Of a DNA stretch of 64,000 bases, positions 58,301 to 64,000 are shown piece by piece. The notes beneath the pieces were generated by a model. It did no database searches. It was not told the DNA's origin and worked only from the letters and a program-made list of their open reading frames with translations. The first letter of the stretch is position 1. Each line of letters begins with the position of its first letter. The DNA lies in assembly GCA_964016885.1 (NCBI GenBank), contig OZ024754.1:19530001-19594000 (forward strand), written 5' to 3'. The stretch is from Eledone cirrhosa. Its lineage: Eukaryota. Made by a program: the position numbers and the translations under genes.

Positions 58301-61300
58301 TTCCATGATACAGTTACTTTAGTTTGAACACAGTCTTAGATCAAGTCACTGACCAGACATGTACAACTGTGGCTAAAATGACTCTTCCATGATATAGTTA
58401 CTTTAGTTTCAACACAGTCTCAGATAAAGTCACTTGCCAGACATGTACAACTGTGACTAAATTGATTCTTCCATGATATAGTTACTTTAGTTTCAACACA
58501 ATCTCAGATCAAGTCACTTGCCTGACATCAACAACTGTGGCTAAAATGACTCTTCCATGATATAGTTACTTTAGTTTCAATACAGTCGCAGATCAAGTCA
58601 CTTGCCAGACATGTACAACTGTGGCTAAAATGACTCTTCCATGTTATAGTTACTTTAGTTTCAACACAATCTCAGATCAAGTCACTTACCATACATGTAC
58701 AACTGTGGCTAGAATGACTCTTCCATGATATAGTTACTTTAGTTTCAACACAGTCTCAGATCAAGTCACTTGCCAGACATGGACAACTGTGACTAAAATG
58801 ATTCTTCCATGATATAGTTACTTTAGTTTCAACGCAGTCACAGATCATGTGTCTTGCCAGACATGTACAACAATAGCTAAAATGACTCTTCCATGATATA
58901 GTTACTTTAGTTTCAACACAGTCTCAGATCAAGTCACTTGCCAGACATGTACAACTGTGGCTAAAATGACTCTTCCATGATATAGTTACTTTAGTTTCAA
59001 CACATTCACAGATCAAGTCACTTGCCATACATGTACAACTGTGGCTAAAATGACTATCCATGATATAGTTACTTCAGTTTCAACACAGTCACAGATCAAG
59101 ACACTTACCAGACATGTAAAACTGTAGCTAACATGACTCTTCCATGATATAGTTAATTTAGTTTCAACACAGTCTCAGATTAAGTCACTTGTCAGACATG
59201 TACAACTGTGGCTAAAATGACTCTTCCATGATATAGTTACTTTAGTTTCAACACAGTCTTAGATCAAATCACTTGCCAGACATGTACAACTGTGGCTAAA
59301 ATAACTCTTCCATGATATAGTTACTTTAGTTTCAACACAGTCTCAGATCAAGTCACTTGCCAGACATGTACAACTGTGGCTAAAATGACTCTTCCATGAT
59401 ACAGTTACTTTAGTTTGAACGCAGTCTTAGATCAAGTCATTGACCAGACATGTACAACTGTGGCTAGAATAACTCTTCAATGATATAGTTACTTTAGTTT
59501 CAACACAATCTCAGATCAAATCACTTGCCTGACATCAACAACTGTGGCTAAAATGACTCTTCCATGATATAGTTACTTTAGTTTCAACACATTCACAGAT
59601 CAAGTCACTTGCCAGACATGTACAACTGTGGCTAAAATGACTATCCATGATATAGTTACTTCAGTTTCAACACAGTCACAGATCAAGACACTTACCAGAC
59701 ATGTAAAACTGTAGCTAACATGACTCTTCCATGAAATAGTTACTTTAGTTTCAACACAATCTCAGATCAAGTCACTTGCCTGACATCAACAACTGTGGCT
59801 AAAATGACTCTTCCATGATATAGTTACTTTAGTTTCAACACAGTCTCAGATCAAGTCACTTGCCAGACATGTACAACTGTGGCTAAAATGACTCTTCCAT
59901 GTTATAGTTACTTTAGTTTCAACACAATCTCAGATCAAGTCACTTGCCAGACATGTACATCTGTGGCTAGAATGACTCTTCCATGATATAGTTACTTTAG
60001 TTTGAACACAGTCTTAGATCAAGTCACTTGCCAGACATGTACAACTGTGGCTAAAATAAATCTTCCATGATATAGTTACTTTAGTTTCAACACAGTCTCA
60101 GATAAACTCACTTGCCAGACATGTACAACTGTGGCTAAAATGACTGTTCCATGATATAGTTATTTAGTTTCAACACAGTCTCAGATCAAGTCAATTGCCA
60201 GACATGTACAACTGTGACTAAATTGATTCTTCCATGATATAGTTACTTTAGTTTCAACACAGTCTCAGATCAAGTCACTTGCCAGACATCTACAACTGTG
60301 GCTAAAATGACTCTTCCATGATATAGTTACTTTAGTGTCAACACAGTCTCAGATCAAGTCACTTGTCTGACATGTACAACCCTGGCTAAAATGACACTTC
60401 CATTATATAGTTACTTTAGTTTAAACACAATCTCAGATCAAGTCACTTACCATACATGTACAACTGTGGCTAGAATGACTCTTCCATGATATAGTTACTT
60501 TAGTTTCAACACAATCTCAGATCAAGTCACTTGCCAGACATGTGCAACTGTGGCTAGAATGACTCTTCAATGATATAGTTAGTTTAGTTTCAACACAATC
60601 TCAGATCAAGTCACTTGCCAGACATCTACAACTGGGGCTAAAATGACTCTTCCATGATACAGTTACTTTAGTTTGAACACAGTCTTAGATCAAGTCACTG
60701 ACCAGACATGTACAACTGTGGCTAAAATGAATCTTCCATGATATAGTTACTTTAGTTTCCACACATTCACAGATCAAGTCACTTGCCAGACATGTACAAC
60801 TGTGGCTAAAATGAATATCCATGATATAGTTACTTTAGTTTCAACACAGTCACAGATCAAGACACTTACCAGACATATAAAACTGTAGCTAACATGACTC
60901 TTCCATGATATAGTTACTTTAGTTTCAACACAGTCTCAGATCAAGTCACTTGTCAGACATGTACAACTGTGGCTAAAATGACTCTTCCATGATATAGTTA
61001 CTTTAGTTTGAACACAGTCTCAGATCAAGTCACTTGCCAGACATGTACAACTGTGGCTAAAATGACTCTTCCATGATATAGTTACTTTAGTTTCAACACA
61101 GTCACAAATCAAATCACTTACCAGGGATGTACAACTGTGGCTAAATTGACTCTTCCATGATATAGTTACTTTAGTTTCAACACAGTCTCAGATCAAGTCA
61201 CTTGCCAGACATGTACAACTGTGGCTAAAATGACTCTTCCATGATATAGTTACTTTAGTTTCAACACATTCACAGATCAAGTCACTTGCCAGACATGTAC

Positions 61301-64000
61301 AACTGTGGCTAAAATGACTATCCATGATATAGTTACTTCAGTTTCAACACAGTCACAGATCAAGACACTTACCAGACATGTAAAACTGTAGCTAACATGA
61401 CTCTTCCATGATATAGTTACTTTAGTTTCAACACAGTCTCAGATTAAGTCACTTGTCAGACATGTACAACTGTGGCTAAAATGACTCTTCCATGATATAG
61501 TTACTTTAGTTTCAACACAGTCTCAGATCAAGTCACTTGCCAGACATGTACAACTGTGGCTAAAATAACTCTTCCATGATATAGTTACTTTAGTTTCAAC
61601 ACAGTCTCAGATCAAGTCACTTGCCAGACATGTACAACTGTGGCTAAAATGACTCTTCCATGATACAGATACTTTATTTTGAACACAGTCTTAGATCAAG
61701 TCATTGACCAGACATGTACATCTGTGGCTTAAATGACTTTTCCATGATATAGTTACATTAGTTTGAACACAGTCTTAGATCAAGTCACTTGCCAGACATG
61801 TACAACTGTGGCTAAAATAACTCTTCAATGATATAGTTACTTTAGTTTCAACACAGTCTCAGCTCAAGTCACTTGCCAGACATGTGCAACTGTGGCTAAA
61901 ATGACTCTTCCATGATACAGTTACTTTAGTTTGAACACAGTCTTAGATCAAGTCACTGACCAGACATGTACAACTGTGGCTAAAATGAATCTTCCATGAT
62001 ATAGTTACTTTAGTTTCAACACATTCACAGATCAAGTCACTTGCCAGACATGTACAACTGTGGCTAAAATGACTATCCATGATATAGTTACTTTAGTTTC
62101 AACACAGTCACAGATCAAGACACTTACCAGACATATAAAACTGTAGCTAACATGACTCTTCCATGATATAGTTACTTTAGTTTCAACACAGTCTCAGATC
62201 AAGTCACTTGTCAGACATGTACAACTGTGGCTAAAATGACTCTTCCATGATATAGTTACTTTAGCTTGAACACAGTCTCAGATCAAGTCACTTGCCAGAC
62301 ATGTACAACTGTGGCTAAAATGACTCTTCCATGATATAGTTACTTTAGTTTCAACACAGTCTCAGATCATGTTACTTGCCAGACATGTACAACTGTGGCT
62401 AAAATGACTTTTCCATGATATAGTTACTTTAGTTTCAACACAGTCACAAATCAAATCACTTACCAGGGATGTACAACTGTGGCTAAATTGACTCTTCCAT
62501 GATATAGTTACTTTAGTTTCAACACAGTCTCAGATCAAGTCACTTGCCAGACATGTATAACTGTGGCTAAAATGACTCTTCCATGATATAGTTACTTTAG
62601 TTTCAACACATTCACAGATCAAGTCACTTGCCAGACATGTACAACTGTGGCTAAAATGACTATCCATGATATAGTTACTTCAGTTTCAACACAGTCACAG
62701 ATCAAGACACTTACCAGACATGTAAAACTGTAGCTAACATGACTCTTCCATGATATAGTTACTTTAGTTTCAACACAGTCTCAGATTAAGTCACTTGTCA
62801 GACATGTACAACTGTGGCTAAAATGACTCCTCTTCCATGATATAGTTACTTTAGTTTCAACACAGTCTCAGATCAGGTCACTTGCCAGACATGTACAACT
62901 GTGGCTAAAATGACTTTTCCATGATATAGTTACTTTCGTTTCAACACAGTCACAAATCAAATCACTTACCAGGGATGTACAACTGTGGCTAAAATGACTC
63001 TTCCATGATATAGTTACTTTAGTTTCAACACATTCACAGATCAAGTCACTTGCCAGACATGTACAGCTGTGGCTAAAATGACTATCCATGATATAGTTAC
63101 TTCAGTTTCAACACAGTCACAGATCAAGACACTTACCAGACATGTAAAACTCTAGCTAAAATGACTCTTCCATGATATAGTTACTTTAGTTTCAACACAG
63201 TCTTAGATCAAGTCACTTGCCAGACATGTACAACTGTGGCTAAAATAACTCTTCCATGATATAGTTACTTTAGTTTCAACACAGTCTCAGATCAAGTCAC
63301 TTGCCAGACATGTACAACTGTTGCTAAAATGACTCTTCCATGATACAGTTACTTTAGTTTGAACACAGTCTTAGATCAAGTCATTGACCAGACATGTACA
63401 ACTGTGGCTTAAATGACTCTTCCATGATATAGTTACTTTAGTTTGAACACAGTCTTAGATCAAGTCACTTGCCAGACATGTACAACTGTGGCTAAAATAA
63501 CTCTTCAATGATAGAGTTACTTTAGTTTCAACACAGTCTCAGCTCAAGTCACTTGCCAGACATGTGCAACTGTGGCTAAAATGACTCTTCCATGATACAG
63601 TTGCTTTAGTTTGAACACAGTCTTAGATCAAGTCACTGACCAGACATGTACAACTGTGGCTAAAATGACTCTTCCATGATATAGTTACTTTAGTTTGAAC
63701 ACAGTCTCAGATCAAGTCACTTGCCAGACATGTACAACTGTGACTAAATTGATTCTTCCATGATATAGTTACTTTAGTTTCAACACAATCTCAGATCAAG
63801 TCACTTGCCTGACATCAACAACTGTGGCTAAAATGACTCTTCCATGATATAGTTACTTTAGTTTCAACACAGTCGCAGATCAAGTCACTTGCCAGACATG
63901 TACAACTGTGGCTAAAATGACTCTTCCATGATATAGTTACTTTAGTTTCAACACAGTCTCAGATCAAGTCACTTGCCAGACATGGACAACTGTGACTAAA
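54050..64000. repeat. Large imperfect duplication, period 4950-5287 bp (59-63 monomers)
   Basis: Marker offsets: GAAATAG 54783/59733 (4950); ATGTACATCTGTGGCTT 56681/61714 (5033); GATCATGTTA 57081/62365 (5284); identical ORFs 57581/62868 (5287). Confidence 0.82.

Larger units (their letters stand above)
1..64000. repeat. 84-bp monomer tandem satellite array (~760 copies, single orientation, runs off both window ends)
   Basis: CAGATCAAGTCAC recurs at 1, 85, 253, 421, 505... every 84 nt to the end of the window. Monomers differ from consensus by a few substitutions and occasional 1-3 bp indels. No non-repeat sequence seen. Confidence 0.99.

Noticed and set aside
3089-63089. Ten 60-86 aa ORFs (Cys-rich 28-aa repeats) in the ORF track
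   Set aside because: Each arises where 1-2 neighbouring monomers carry a variant removing the single in-frame TGA. Several have non-ATG starts, they recur only because of DNA duplications, and there is no gene context.
1-64000. CRISPR array
   Set aside because: The whole 84-bp unit repeats. There are no unique spacers, leader or cas genes.
1-64000. Intact C2H2 zinc-finger / PRDM9-like coding exon
   Set aside because: No frame has C-x2-C-x12-H-x3-H or a TGEKP linker, and stops and frameshifting indels occur throughout. Kept only as an ancestry hypothesis.
1-64000. CENP-B box, telomeric repeats, or assignment to a named satellite family
   Set aside because: No TTCG....A..CGGG motif or TTAGGG-type tracts were seen. 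I do not recognise the monomer, so a Dfam/Repbase search is needed.
1-64000. Transposon insertion, strand inversion, or tRNA/5S/snRNA tandem gene array
   Set aside because: Reading through showed only same-strand monomers. There are no TSD-flanked foreign segments, pol III A/B boxes or recognisable structural RNA sequence.

Overview
The whole 64 kb window is one uninterrupted, head-to-tail tandem array (satellite DNA) of about 760 copies of an 84-bp monomer. The consensus is CAGATCAAGTCACTTGCCAGACATGTACAACTGTGGCTAAAATGACTCTTCCATGATATAGTTACTTTAGTTTCAACACAGTCT (38% GC, no CpG). I saw no genes, transposon insertions, inversions or unique sequence, and all ten listed ORFs are read-through artefacts of the 28-codon period. 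There is no single fixed higher-order repeat. Instead the array is a mosaic of local, near-identical multi-kb duplications (47-, 29-, 30-, 33-, 22-, 35/42-, 16-, 13- and 59-63-monomer periods) built from a few conserved monomer-order cassettes. It also shows left-to-right variant zonation, two more diverged islands and a recurrent microhomology-type junction. The most speculative lead is that the 84-bp period and an in-register 'SQxKSL(A/T)RH' translation resemble a decayed C2H2 zinc-finger array. The organism and satellite family cannot be identified from the sequence alone; a eukaryotic heterochromatic origin is an inference. Periods were measured by hand from private marker variants, and block boundaries are approximate.
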